From the NCBI GenBank assembly GCA_053919585.1, contig CM132793.1: a stretch of 64,000 nucleotides of DNA; one strand, written 5' to 3'. Position 1 is the stretch's first letter, and each line of letters starts with the position of its first letter. The notes beneath the pieces are model-generated. The model searched no databases and was not told the origin of the DNA. It worked only from the letters and a program-made list of their open reading frames with translations. This stretch comes from Euprymna scolopes. Lineage: Eukaryota. Positions 9,761-23,416 of the stretch are shown piece after piece. A program made the position numbers and the translations under genes.

Positions 9761-10829
9761 TATTTACATATTTAATTGTAAAAAATCAGCTGAGTCCTAA
9801 TCTAGAAATGATATAATTTTGCTTAAAATCATAGTTGTGGTGGTGTTTGTGGTGGGAAAAGAAATACAGTAATGACGAATTTTCTGTTGAAGCAAGCGTT
9901 ACCTAATCACTAACAAGACAATATATTTATGTATTTAGTTGAAAATTCTAATGATTCATCTTCTAACAGTGAATTCAATTTTCTTAAAATTATGATGACC
10001 TTGGTGGGAAGAGAAATTAGTTCATATATGTTGTACAATACCTGTCAAGAGTACGTCAAATTGTTTCAGATATTTATTTACATTACCCATCAGAGGGTAA
10101 GAAAATATTTAAACATATTTTCTGTACATTATCCGTCCAAGGAATTGTAAAATTATTTAATATTCGTGCTGTTAATTACAAGTCCAAGGGAAGTTAAAAT
10201 TATTTTATACATAATTTATGTAATTCACGTCCTTGATTAGGTAAAATATTGTTTTACTCGAGATAGCGAATGATATATAGACATCAAAATTCATCTATCC
10301 GAGAAGAATAACAGATATGTTCAAAGTCAACTTCATTTTTCTCATGGTTTTATACGGTCCTGAGCAACGCCGGGTGGGTCTGCTAGTATTACATAAAAAA
10401 AGTTGAGAAAATGGGATTAATTGCATTAACGAAAATAAAAATGAGATCTGACTTAATTGACATTTCGAAATACTTAATGGAGTTTCTAATTATGCTGGCT
10501 AATTATTAATATTGTTTTACAATCTGTAAAGATAATATCAGGACACATTTCAAGAACTAGATCTCTTAACTAAGTAGACATCTTCGCGTGTTATAGTAAA
10601 CACACTCACAATATAATTAGATAACTGAAGTGATGGACTTAGACTTAAAACATCTGTTCATAACGATACCAGGTAAGTAATATATGATTAATAACGCATG
10701 TTCACGGGATTCTCGCGCTTATATACAAAAGAAGTTCTCAAAAGACTTACTCTATAAAGCGGATTTTTGCGTACAACATCATCAATTTAAATTTAATTCT
10801 ACATCTTTAGGAGTTTTCATTCCATCATT

Positions 10830-11120
10830 TGGTCGCGGTTTTCTTAGCATTTAAACTTCCTAGATTCAAGGACGTATCCATTGATATAAACAGTGTCAAC
10901 CATCGGCTTGAAGTTTTGGGGGATCAGGATGTTGCTGAATTGGTCAAGATTGCCCGTAAGCAACTCCAACGTGCGTCTCGACTGATATCACTGACATCCA
11001 ATGGAAAGATGAGTTTCATGACCCTATAAAACGAAGGATGGACGTACATTAGGACTCTTACCTTACAACAGACTGGCAAATGATTGAGGAAGTCATACGC
11101 CTTCTCTACCAACTTAAGAC
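10830..11120 (-). pseudogene. Relic of a related Tx1 element: ORF1 C-terminus plus start of ORF2
   Basis: RVLMYVHPSFYRVMKLIFPLDVSDI aligns with RIPMYVHPSLYRALKLTFPLDVGGV of the intact ORF1. It is followed by MDTSLNLGSLNAK, similar to MSLNLATLNVR. Confidence 0.8.
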
Positions 11121-12409
11121 TTGGGCTTGCCCCCTTGGTTGCTTCAACTATGCTTCACAATCCTTTAGTGCGTGTGGTAATCATGAGGGTGTCGGGGAAC
11201 ATTCTCAGATCGCTGACTGCTTTACCAATGCCTTGTCTAGCGACTGCAGTGGTCAGATTAATCGCCTTAGCTCGGACTTGCTATTCGCTTTAGCATGATG
11301 CGGGTTGGCCTCACAGAAGACCATTTCTCTATGTCGCCTCTGCACATAGTGTAACATTCTTTGTTAGGGGTTTTGCAACGTTGAAAGGTCTAGCAGAGTA
11401 GACCCTTATGATACGTACCATTTCAAGCTTAAAGTCATCGTTAGCAAACATTTGCATAGTACATAAATTTGATACCCTCTAATTATTTTTTTGTGAAAAC
11501 ATTGATTAACAACGTGCTTGTATTTTCAGAATTTTGATATTTTAATGTAATTTGCATATAGTTTATAAAACAACTCAAATTGCAGTGCAATTTCCTGCAC
11601 ATTTTGTTACGAATTCATACGAAAATATAATAACGCTCCTCTAAAAATCTGTTAACGAAAACACTTTTATGCACATTAATAACAAACATAGTTACAGTAC
11701 TTTATATATGCTCAGTTCAGGTCCAGTCTGATTTGCTGTGGCCATTTGCGCAATGTTAGAAACTCGACGAAGTTTAAATTTTCAGCGCTTCCATTGATAT
11801 GTTAGAAAATTATGTTCAATTAATCGTGTAATCAATTGCTTTAATCGATGTTGAATTTCTTACACATTACTCATAAATTTCAGGTCTGACTAATAAAACT
11901 TCACTTTAAGGCAACATACGATTTTATTAACCGAACAGTTTTCATCTAAAGTGATACATTGATTTCGAGTTTTCTCCAAAAATTCGATGCTTATTTGAAG
12001 AAAAAATGTATTTATTCTTAGAATTCGTTTCAGTTTCCAATCTTGCTTCTTCGTTGGAACTAAATCTCTTGGTTTTGAGACCTGCGACTTACTACTAGTC
12101 GCTGGGAGCTTTACGTGGAGAATAATGTTAGTGCGAAACAATGCCTATTATAATAATGTTAGTGCAAAACAATGCCAATTATAATGGATGTAATTTTACT
12201 AACGTAGAGATTGATTATTACACCGTACTTGAAGGTTATTTTTACTTAATTCTTAGCCGATTTTGGAAGCGACCTCTACCTTCAAAATGCAACACTTATT
12301 TTATCTTATATTCCCCATTGCTGGTTTTTCTTTTCTCATAGAATGTGAGAAACAGCATACCTTGCGCATTCCAAAATACAAAATTCAGAATTTTTTAATT
12401 TTTGATGTG

Positions 12410-13070
12410 TTGCCATAGATTGTGTCGTCGTCAGAATAAATGTCTACGAATGATCTAAGAATGTAATTTGAGAGATCGTTGATGAAGATCATGAAGAGAG
12501 TGGAGCCTAGGATCTAAACCTGAAGACGCCACCTTTAATCCTATGCACTTCAGATTATTCCCCACTGACGACTACTCTTATAAATCTATCAAGGAGAAAC
12601 AATTTAATAGTTAAGAGGACGATTTCGTAGCTGGAAATCTTGTGAAGTATACATTTATGCCATATCCTATCCAAAATATTGGATATGTTCAGAGCAATTG
12701 CTCTAGAAACAAAGTTCCGTCAAGAGATTAACTATTACAGTTTGCACATCAGCTACATGTGACTGAGTACGTTGTTTTCTTTTTTAGTGTTGGCTACTTC
12801 TCTATTTACCACAGATTCAAGCAACGTGATCAGGATGCGTAGGGGATTAGTTTGTCTATACTAAGAGGCAGATAACCGATCTCCAGAATTGTTACATATA
12901 GGGAAGACTGACAAACTTTTCGTAAGTTTAGGGAAATTTTTCTCCTTAAGACAACATTTAAACAGTTTTATAAAGATGAGAGCTAGTTCTATTTCGAGTT
13001 TTCTTGGAACTATGGTTGTGATGTTTGCTTTTTTTACTGTCATCACACCTCAAACAGGGCACAGTACCAA
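12410..13070 (-). pseudogene. Decayed RT fragment of a CR1/L2-group LINE
   Basis: Minus-strand remnants SRAIALNISNILDRIWH and LGSTLFMIFINDL...IYSDD. Confidence 0.7.
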
Positions 13071-13169
13071 TTGATCATAAAGCAATCCTCTAGAAATAAA
13101 CTTTACGAGGACAGTATGTTTATTATTTAACTGCAAGATGTCTGTTCACATTATATTTGAAATTCTGCA

Positions 13170-13600
13170 TGCCTGTACAATCAAGGAAGCAGGCATATGG
13201 AGAGGGGATTCCAAAATCTAACAGTTCGAGGGAAATAACTATTTAAGTAGAAGGCTTTCCGACATAAAGGCATCTTTCTGGTGGAGGGATAGATTTTACC
13301 GGGTTGGTCTGGAGTATTTACGTCGAGGGATTACAAGAACTTTATGCTTATCGGAGCATGTTCCATTAAAATAGTCGTAAAACATTTCGGCGATTGGGCG
13401 GGTTTGGAGTTTGGTTGTTAGTGCGGAAACTATTACTGTAGAGACTCTTTCTTCAACCGTGTCGAAAAACAAGAGACTAGTGGCAGACGGACCAGTGAAG
13501 ATGTGGAGACAATACGCATGCATAATTTTCTAGCATTGTAAAGAGAACTCGTTTTCTTGAAAAGAAAGACACTACCCTATGGGGCATCACTTATGTGATA
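13170..13600 (-). pseudogene. Decayed 3' part of a CR1/L2-group LINE ORF2
   Basis: MFYDYFNGTCSD and PRTVRFWN-like remnants, same type as 14525-14980 and 50655-51093. Confidence 0.55.
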
Positions 13601-13899
13601 TCAGATGACTTACTAATCAGTTATCTTTAAGTACTTTATCAGCTTGAGCAATAGCTCCATCAAAAAGTCGAGAGTTTACGGTGGTGTTTACTAATATCAC
13701 AACGTGGTCAGAATTTTTATATTCACAGAAGGATCGAAACTAATATTAAACGTATTATTCTATTGAAGGACATTCTATTGTTTGCTTATGGGATGATGCT
13801 TTCTACTACCGATGTATTTTCACGTGTTTTGTGAGTTATTATTATCATTATTATTTTTATTATTATTACATCACTTGTGTGGAATTCTAATTTTTATTA

Positions 13900-14360
13900 A
13901 AAGCTAGAAGACCTTAAAATACGCACAAGTAATTTATTTTAATTAATAAATGCGCATGCGAGTATTATGTTTTTTTTTCTTAACAATTCACTTTTTCTGA
14001 GTAAAAAATACTCGAGGTGAGATCGAAACCAAAACCTAAAGACAGTGAGTCAAATACGATACCCATTAGACCAGCTTTGCACGATCTTTACAAAGTGTTT
14101 TCAAACCCCTTATTAATTAACATAAAGAAACTGCCATGTTTCACGGTCGTGCACGCGCATTCGTGAAACAGTTGTTTGTTACATAATCCTCGGGATTACT
14201 GTAATCGAAGCTTTCGACAAGTTTGGCAGCATCTCTTGCAGATATATGGATGTCAAACAGCGTATTTCGTCCTAATCATAAAGGGTAAAATTTCCGGTTA
14301 CTTCTTTCGTCCACTACTATAGGGCTCCTTGACAGAATACTCATGTGTAAATATCACAAA
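13900..14360 (-). mobile_element. Copy of the repeat family also present at ~46942-47737 (Helitron-like)
   Basis: 14020-14110 is the reverse complement of ~47205-47300 (GATCGAAACCAAAACCTAAAGACAGTG). Confidence 0.55.
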
Positions 14361-14524
14361 GAAATTTAAATAAAAAAGAATTATGTGGTGCTAAAAATGC
14401 TGCAAGACAACTATAGATACCATACGCTAATCATATTTGCTTACGCGGTGAGAATTCATCAGTTGTGTTGAAATATTTTTTTTTACACGGTGGTCACCAC
14501 TTATCAAGGCCCGGAAGCCACTCA

Positions 14525-14980
14525 GGGATAAGGGTTATTGCAAGTACAGTACGTTAGTGTGGAGATTTGATGAAGTGTTTACTTAAGGGGGCGGTTCATT
14601 AGGAATTTGTTAACGTTGGACTTGAATACATCCAAGTTGTAGTCAGGTGGGAAGCAGACAGACGGAACAGAGTTCCACAGGCGTGAGGTTCTAAGAAAGA
14701 AGATTTGTTCATGGAATCCACGTTTTGAGTTAGGCACAGATAAAGAGTGCGGGAAATATTTCACAATGGATTCAGCTAGACGGGTGTTTTTCGTGAAAGA
14801 TTGGCGAGGGGGGCAGAGATTGGAGTTTAGACAGGCACCTGCCATGGAAATAGCGATAAAACAAGGATAGGCTCGCAACGACTCTTCTGTGGGAGAGAGG
14901 TTGCAGGGTAGAGAAAAGGGCATCCCCCACTAAGCCACGAAGTCTATTTTGTACTCTGTCAAGGCAGGATAGGCTGTTTT
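14525..14980 (-). mobile_element. 5'-truncated CR1/L2-group LINE 3' end
   Basis: LPCLDRVQNR...LQPLSHRRVVASLSLFYRYFHGRC and FFLRTSRLWNSVP...FKSNVNKFL. Confidence 0.75.
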
Positions 14981-15099
14981 AGCATTTTTAAAAGGATAAG
15001 AGACGGTGTTACACACCGAATGCTATTGTCGTAAAAGTCTGTTGTAACAAATAGAAAAAAAAAGCACGATGAAACTTAATTAAACAGACGCAAACATAT

Positions 15100-15256
15100 T
15101 CTACGTGTATCTGTTTTAACACACCGGTTCTCGTTATATCACCGAGATAAGCAACGGTGAACCTGGCCAGTGCTGAGAATACTAGGCTTTATGTATTGCA
15201 CAGGAACGTAAACATTTCAGGGTTAGTATCTGGGTGACTTTCTAAAACACCTGGGA
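15100..15256 (+). pseudogene. Degenerate 5S rRNA-derived sequence (pseudogene or SINE3-type head)
   Basis: ACACCGGTTCTCGTTATATCACCGAGATAAGCAACGGTGAACCTGGCCAGTGCT resembles invertebrate 5S ACACCGGTTCTCGTCCGATCACCGAAGTTAAGCAACGTCGGGCCTGGTTAGTACT. A later piece reads GGTTAGTA...GGGTGAC...CCTGGGA. Confidence 0.7.
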
Positions 15257-15468
15257 TACATTTACACTCAGTCTTCGTAGACATAACTTCAGAATAAGAA
15301 AAACTCTGATGTAAAACTTGAGTTCTACTTTCTGCACTACTATAATAGTAATTCCAAACAAGTTAGCCTTCACCACTGTAAACAATATAAAAAAAAATCA
15401 TCTACGTGGCTTTTGTAACGTTATTTATTGTATGAAGTCCATACGTCTAAATCAACAGATAGTCCATA

Positions 15469-15524
<56 letters not shown>

Positions 15525-16055
15525 CACACATATATGTAGCTATTTCTTTATTTTCCAAACACTTTAGTTACAAAATCGAAAAAAAACGTTGCTAAATATG
15601 TGAGATTATGATTGCTTATTGTAAATATACGCAAAGGACGTTTTAATGAAAAATTCAAGGTTTAAGGCAAATGTTAGGTATAGCGTTCAATATTAAATTT
15701 ATGAAAACAATAGATATAACTAGCAAATCTGCAGTAACGGATAACATTTTAGGTCTTGTATTGTGTAAACTTCAACTTTTGAACGACTAAAAAAGTAAAT
15801 GCAAACGTATGGAAACGATGTGTAATGTTGAAACTTTAAATAAAAATGTGTGTATATATATTTAATAAATTAAATTATTTTATTTTTTAATGTATTCATG
15901 TGCGTTTGTGAATAATTCAACCTATTTATGTGCAGAGAATAAAAAAAAACCGTGATAGGTCATCTGAGTACATTTTTACCCAATGTAAAGAATATTAATT
16001 TCTATGCTGACACGTGGCTTCACACTGAGAAAGACCATGCACACATACACACGCA

Positions 16056-16103
<48 letters not shown>

Positions 16104-16262
16104 AAGAGAGAATGAGAAAAAGAAAGAGAGGGGAGCCTGACAGTCGGGGTGATTACATATCATCACTATATCTATGACAGATAGGAAGGAAAGAACGGGT
16201 AATCGTAACGAATTGTAGTGGTTTTAGTCCGGGTCCAAATGTCGGGGTTGGTGTCTTACAGA

Positions 16263-16335
<73 letters not shown>

Positions 16336-16365
16336 TACATAATATAGTCAGACTTTGTGGACACC

Positions 16366-16414
<49 letters not shown>

Positions 16415-17403
16415 CAGATGAATACACTTGACAAAAAATAACTAAAATACCAGGAGGTGCTGAGGAACACAGTGAAGTCTTGCATAGACGAGATCGTCAC
16501 CGACGTTATCTACGTCTTACGACGACACTTCGCTCCTGTACACAAGATCATGTTGACTTTGGGGTGGCGGCTCCACAATGTTCCTCATCGCATATCATCG
16601 AATTTATGTCCAGCCCCCTCACTCGACTGAAACTCTATCGACTATTTCTTCTGCGTAATCGAGGCCAAGGCCAACAACCACGCCCAAAACACGGTCCACT
16701 CTTTGAAGATTGCGATTGGGAAAGCGTATAAAATTCTTTCGGCGAATACAATCCAACTGATTTTTAATCTTAACCTTACTCTAGGCAGCGGAGATGGACG
16801 TGCACTCACCTCTAAATGAGCCATGAGGGACAACATTTTCTTTAATCTTAAAGTACATTATCATTTGAATGAAATATTCAATAGATATGCAAGACAGTAA
16901 TTTAGAGGAGTTACCAACATTTTAGCGCATTCCGATTATATAATGAGGGTATAGAAGGAGGGACAATAAAAACAAAATATGATGCTATGAGCAGAATAAA
17001 AAAAAGTGCATAATATAATATTTATTCAATCCCTAACCGTGTCTAGTCGTCCTCCTAGTATGATATAAATTTCATCAAAAGAGAATATATTTGAAATTCG
17101 ACCTACATTTGGCTCTTAGGTTTGGAGGGTATTGAAATATTCGGAACCGCGTTCATTGTCTTCGACGGTATACTTTATGCATACTTACATTTGATAAAAA
17201 GGGAATATGTTTTTTACGTTTTTATAGGATTGTGCTCTCATAGACTTTTTAGGGGTGATCTTATAGATGCGTAATATTTCATTGTATTTCCGAATAAATT
17301 TTACATACGAATAAACTTCTTATTCTATGTAGATCCCTTAATCATTCTTTCTATGGGAACACACAAACAACATACGAACACAATCACATAGGCATGGAGT
17401 TAC

Positions 17404-17487
<84 letters not shown>

Positions 17488-17689
17488 GAGATTGTGATAG
17501 GTAGATAGGTAGATATAAATATATATATATATATTTAGGTCATGCAGAGAGAAATATATAGAGCTTGATAAAGAGAGAGAAAGAGAGAATATGTTGCCAA
17601 TGTTATTTCAATATTAAAATATGAACAACACTAGATTATATGCCGTTTTGTTGTCTTATCATACAAGTATATGTTAATTCGTCATTATA

Positions 17690-18160
17690 CTAACAGGCCG
17701 CCCGGCATTGCCCGATTGTAAAATATACTTAAATATAATACTTTTATTAATAAAAGCGTCATATTTATTATTATATTACATTGGACCCAATCTCTAGTAA
17801 TGATTTAAAAAGTTTAAAAAAAAAAGAACGGTTAGATTACGATTTACATTTTCCTTTAATGCTAATGCTCGAGCTATGAAGTCATGTTTGTTGCAAGGCT
17901 AAAAATTAACACACGAATCAATAGCTATTACGTTACGCATGCATATTCGTAATGCCGTCGTTCGACCGTTACCTGGCAAATGCCATTTCTGTAATTTTCA
18001 CACTTTTGCATTGATTTTCTCCAGCTAAAACCCAAATATAAAGTTTCTCCTGGGTTCGAAATTAAGTTTCATGTCTGTAGACTTACAACTGACAGAGGAG
18101 TTTGATAGGCAATTTTTTTTAAAAACAAATATATATCCACATACAGGTATATATATAGAG
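17690..18160 (-). mobile_element. Short non-autonomous Helitron-like element
   Basis: Left end CTAACAGGCCGCCCGGCATTGCCCG is a reverse-strand 3' hairpin with degenerate CTAG. Confidence 0.45.
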
Positions 18161-18524
18161 AGAAAGAGGTTTGTGTTTACGATAATCTTTTTACGCAAAT
18201 ATTACACAAGTATAAATCATATAGAATATCTGCATGAATATAATAGCACGAAATAGTTAACTAAAGATGACCATCCCGTAAGAAAACTGAAAAAAAAAAC
18301 TAAAAGGGAATTAATTAAAATGAATGTTTCAAAGAATATGCAAATTAGCTAGATCTTTTGCAGATTAATTCACTTCCACGACCCATGTATAAGAAAGTTG
18401 TATTTTCTGTTGAAATAAATATAAAAAAGGTGTTTTGATATGAATATCAATACACAAAATTAACAAATTTTTGGAGTAAGGAAGATTGGCACTCTTCAGG
18501 TGATTTCACTTACGCTCTATGGTG

Positions 18525-18600
<76 letters not shown>

Positions 18601-18892
18601 AACTTTAGCCAGGAACCAACACGTTATAGCCTTGATCGTAAAACAGACAAAAAATAGAACTTACCTTTGCTTCTTTTGGTGTACAACGGCATCTATTTTT
18701 CCATTCTCACGTTACCACTGTGACGTCATTCACATGATCACCATCTCGAATATGCTCTACAACGTTATCCACGCATCTAATGTGATGGTCCTCTCTAATA
18801 TGCTTTTTATTTGTTTGTAATTTTTCTTTACCGGTGACGTTATTTTGCATGAATCTGCACATGCGCGTCCCCGCTCTGTTACGCGCGCGCGT

Positions 18893-18945
<53 letters not shown>

Positions 18946-18954
18946 GATATATTT

Positions 18955-19596
18955 AAATATTAATGATTAATTATTTATTAATAATTACTACGTGCACAAA
19001 AGTAAGTCATATAAATGCATGCATGTTTCAGAGTTTAGTCTTCATCGGTATAGCTAGACTTTATTGACAATGATCGATCCTACAACGTAAGTAGTCTGGT
19101 GCTTTACCACGGGACCACCGGGTCCTTGCCAATTTTATGCACGATTTTAATCGCGTATAAATCTAAGATTGTTGAATTTTTATTTATTTTTTTATTAGCG
19201 ATTAATTTCTTTATTTCGCTCCCTGTGCGTTTTTTTTTATTATAAGAAAGGAGTTATTTGCCCTTTGTTTATATTTTTCTTCGCCCACATCTTTGGACGT
19301 ATTTACTTTTTTTATTATTTAATATATCAATAAAAGTCTAGCGATACTCATGAAGAGTAAACTCTTAAACATGCATGTATATAGATGACTTACTTTTATG
19401 CACGTAGTAATTATTAATTAATAATTAATAATTAATATTGAAATAAAATAAAAAAAAGTAAATACGTTCTAAAATGTGGGCGAAGAAAAATGTAAAGGGC
19501 CAAATAACTCCTTTCTTATAATATAAAAGCTCAGGGAGCGAAGTAAATAAGAAAGCAATTAATCGCTAATAAAAAAATAAATAAAAATTCAACAAT

Positions 19597-19600
<4 letters not shown>
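18955..19600. mobile_element. Interleaved inverted repeats with two degenerate hammerhead motifs (Penelope-like)
   Basis: 18955-19067 pairs with 19327-19440, and 19163-19315 pairs with 19445-19600. The consensus of the two motifs is CTGATGA-AGAGTAAACTCT-GAAAC-ATGCAT-GTA. Confidence 0.6.
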
Positions 19601-19650
<50 letters not shown>

Positions 19651-19651
<1 letters not shown>

Positions 19652-20403
19652 TAGCAAAAGTATCCGTCGGTGACTGGGTTCAAAAACAGCCTACAGAAAA
19701 TGGACTCTGATTTATTAAAGTATGATAGGTTATGAAAAGGAAGGGTTGTAAAGAGATAGCTTCGAATTTGGGGGTATCAAAACCAAAGCAAAATATGATG
19801 AAAGTAAAAATAAAATACATAAACCCCATAATTTATTATACCATACCTGTTCACGCTGAAACACTTATCACAATATTCTGTGGATCTATATTAAAAAAAA
19901 ACTTTGTGACATATTTCCATTCTATGGAGGTCAGGCGCGAACGAACACCCCATATTTTTTGTACCATATTTCTTCAAACTGAAACATTATTATCAAAGTA
20001 TACTTACGCAGATATGTATGAAAATCTTCATCAAAGTTTGTGCCTATTTCCATTCTATGGAGGTCAGGCGCGAACGCAGACCCCATAATTTTATTATACC
20101 ATCTCTATTTAAGTTAAAACATACTTATCAAAGTATTCTTATTTACATCTATATCAGAACCACTTGCAAACGTTTTTTTTAATTTTTAAATTTTTTATTT
20201 CCATACTTTGTGGACCAGGTGCGAACGAAGACCCCACAATTTTAATGAACCACCGTTCTGCCAGATCAAACATACCCATTCCTGTGCCTCGATACATCTT
20301 CTATCATTATACGTAAACAGTTTTTTTAAAATAGGCAACCATATAGGAGCCTATTCGTGATCAGACACACACACACAGACATTATTACATAAAAAATAAG
20401 CGA
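19651..20403 (-). mobile_element. Non-autonomous Helitron-like element with ~140-bp internal repeats
   Basis: CTAG plus hairpin at the left end next to (TA)n. Repeated ATTTCCATTCTATGGAGGTCAGGCGCGAACG. Confidence 0.5.
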
Positions 20404-20504
20404 TGAAGTGACAGAGACCAACACGGACGGAAATGAGTAGAGTAAGAAAAAACATTTTAGGGCATTTGGAAGCAAAATTAATAATAATACCCTTTCCACG
20501 TTCA

Positions 20505-20562
<58 letters not shown>

Positions 20563-20568
<6 letters not shown>

Positions 20569-22094
20569 TCTGTGCCTGAATTATATGCAAATCGATATTT
20601 TTGTTCTAACTCCAAAAGTTTTCAATGAAAATTCGTGAAACTTCGCACGTTATACGGCAACACTAACGCATGCGCAGATAAAAAAGTTTAAGCTGCTTTT
20701 CGCGATAGCGAGCAAACAGCAGACATTTTTGTGATTTGTAAATTTTTTTTAGCGTGCCGGCTTTATATGCAAGATGGGAGGTAAAATGGTTTAAGTCAAA
20801 CTGAGAAGTCTAAAATTGGTCAAAGGCTACATAATAAGATTTCACCCTTAGAAATATCCAAAAAATTACACCGTGATCATCGTGCAATCAAAAAATATTG
20901 TATTAACCCTCAACTTTGCAACGGACGTTCTGACAAAGGGAAAATTCGTAAGAAATCATATCTTTCCCGTCGAACAATGAGCAAGATCAAGAGAGAAGTT
21001 CGCTGTAACCCACTTGAAACTAGCAAACAAGTTTTTGAAAAAGCTGGCGTTCCTGATGTGCCCAAATCAACTGGTTGCCGTGTCCTGAGGACGATTGCAA
21101 AATTGGAAAGCCAGAGCTCCGTCCTCAATTGAAGAATATCCACAAGAAAAAGAGGATGGAGTGGGCACGGGATCACATGAAGGTGATTTTTCAAACTGTT
21201 GGTTCACCGATGAGTGTCGAGCGATCCTTAAGGACTCGATGGGTGGAGGGGAGTATAGTACCATAATAAGGGTTTACGTCCCCCCAAAGGATCAGGCGTC
21301 AACAAGAAGGTAGTAGTGTGATGTTCTGGGCTGCAATCATTGGCAATGAGCTGGTAGGACCATTCAGAGTCGTAGATGGAGTGAAAATTACCGCCAACTC
21401 TACATTGACTTCATTAAGGAACACTTGGAACCCTGACACAAGAAGAAGAATTTGGCATTCCGGAAAAAGATGGTATTCATGCATGATAATGCAACGTCTC
21501 GTTCTGCAAGGATAGCCACTGAATATTTCGAGAGAGTTTTTGCTAGACATGGGAAAATAATGCGATGACCAGCCTGTTCTCCAGATTTAAATCCCATCGA
21601 AAATCTGTGGAGCATCTTGAAACAAAATATTTACTCCGGAAGAAGGCAGTACAACTCCAAGGATGACTTCTGGAATGCTATTCGGACTGCTGCCAAAGAC
21701 ATTTCATCAGATGAAATTGAAAGTTTGACATCTTCAATAAACCAAAGCCTTTTTGCTCTTGTAAATAAAAATGGCAATTATATAAGATATTGATTGTATT
21801 ATGAAAACATATTGAAGTTGCTTGTTTTTTATTATTGTTGTTCTCAATTTACAAATTCCTAGAATAATCAATGTTTCGATGATCTTTTAACAGTTCACCA
21901 TATTTTTGCATTGCTTTGCATATAAAGTTTGAACGCTGAAAAAAATGCAAATCACCAAAATGTCTGCCGATTGTTTATTACTGTGCAGATTAGCTTAAAA
22001 ATTTAGATCTGCACTTGTGTTGATGTAGCCATATAACGTGCTAAATTTCGCAAATTAGAGTTAGAACAAAAATATCGATTTGCATTGACACTAG

Positions 22095-22096
<2 letters not shown>
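20563..22096 (+). mobile_element. Tc1-family DNA transposon (DD37E/TRT-type), decayed, in (TA)n
   Basis: Imperfect long TIRs (ATGCAAATCGATATTTTTGTTCTAACTC / GAGTTAGAACAAAAATATCGATTTGCAT), TA flanks and a transposase pseudogene. Confidence 0.85.
20774..21793 (+). pseudogene. Tc1-like transposase pseudogene, DD37E
   Basis: FTDE, VMFWAAI, FMHDNA and PACSPDLNPIENLW. I counted 37 codons between the second D and the E. Frameshifts and stops are present. Confidence 0.88.
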
Positions 22097-22135
<39 letters not shown>

Positions 22136-22618
22136 AAATATACATTTTTCTACAGGAAAAAAAAACCCTTTCGCTGTAAAAATGCTTTTCAAAAATTTTA
22201 TTAAAATATGAAATTATATATTCTTTGATATCGTATACGTTTATTAAATATAGAGAAGTAGAACTTGTATACTTAAAGAATCTCAAATTTAAATTCTGAA
22301 TCCGTGAAGTAGATGGAAAACTTCTGAATCTGTGAATTAGAAAGGAAACCTCTCAAACTGAAAAGCTTATAAAAAGAATGTACAAAAAGCGTTAAAACCG
22401 ACAAAGAAATCAGAAAATTTCTCACTATAGATTGAGTTTGAAACAGGGTAGTATATAACTATTTACTTTCACGCTTCTCTAAATTCCTGAAATGGATATA
22501 TATCCGGTAGTTTTTTACTAGGTAATATTTATGGGACTAGATGGATTTTTATATGTCTACTGACTTTATCTCAGTACTCCTCAGTGCAGTTAGACAAGCA
22601 CTTAGTAAAGTTTATATG

Positions 22619-22650
<32 letters not shown>

Positions 22651-22684
22651 ATTATATATTTATTTATTTAACTACCATAGTAAA

Positions 22685-22950
22685 CAAAAATTATGTCAAG
22701 CCCCTTAAGAAACTGGTTTCTTATCATCGAGCCCTTTCAGTTGAATTCAGTCGGCCAATTTAGCTCTTATGCATAAATCATCATATAACGCTCAGATCAC
22801 TGTGACTGACGTAAAGAACATTGAAAAATAAAATGTTTAAATTCAACGTTATTTCTCGCGGTTAATGGTAGCCGATTGGATATGGTCTTTGCTAATCGGG
22901 CTAGAGATGGCTCGTGTTGCCGGGTTCGAATCTGTCGACTGGTGTTAATT
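22685..22950 (+). mobile_element. Dispersed, permuted copy of the 348-bp tRNA-like/hammerhead unit (hammerhead absent)
   Basis: Colinear with 29165-29430. A box TAGCCGATTGG and B box GGTTCGAATC. Confidence 0.75.
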
Positions 22951-23416
22951 TCTATAAGGGGAGACTTATCTGGACATTATAAAGCTCAACAAGTATCTTG
23001 TATTATTTGAATTATTCAGACTGCTGTTCTCATCTNNNNNNNNNNNNNNNNNNNNNNNNNNNNNNNNNNNNNNNNNNNNNNNNNNNNNNNNNNNNNNNNN
23101 NNNNNNNNNNNNNNNNNNNNNNNNNNNNNNNNNNNNNNNNNNNNNNNNNNNNNNNNNNNNNNNNNNNNNNNNNNNNNNNNNNNNNNNNNNNNNNNNNNNN
23201 NNNNNNNNNNNNNNNNNNNNNNNNAGAAAAAGAGTGACCTCAATTCTATGAGAGGAGATTTATCTGGACATTATAAAGCTCAACAAGTATCTTTGGAGCT
23301 TATATATGAAAACAATAGGAGTGGGAAATGAAGTCACAGAACTATATATTGGTGGATATAGATTAGTTCATTTATTCAATAAGGGAATATAATCGATTAA
23401 TTGGGGGATAGAAGGG

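Larger units (their letters stand above)
8706..10386 (+). mobile_element. Non-autonomous Helitron-like element with internal minisatellites (5' end uncertain)
   Basis: The 3' end CCTGAGCAACGCCGGGTGGGTCTGCTAG|T is a GC hairpin plus CTAG. Contains ~85-bp and ~125-bp tandem arrays. Confidence 0.55.

Noticed and set aside
16440-16900. Possible LTR-element remnant or exon
   Set aside because: GC-richer, but no motif I can assign confidently.
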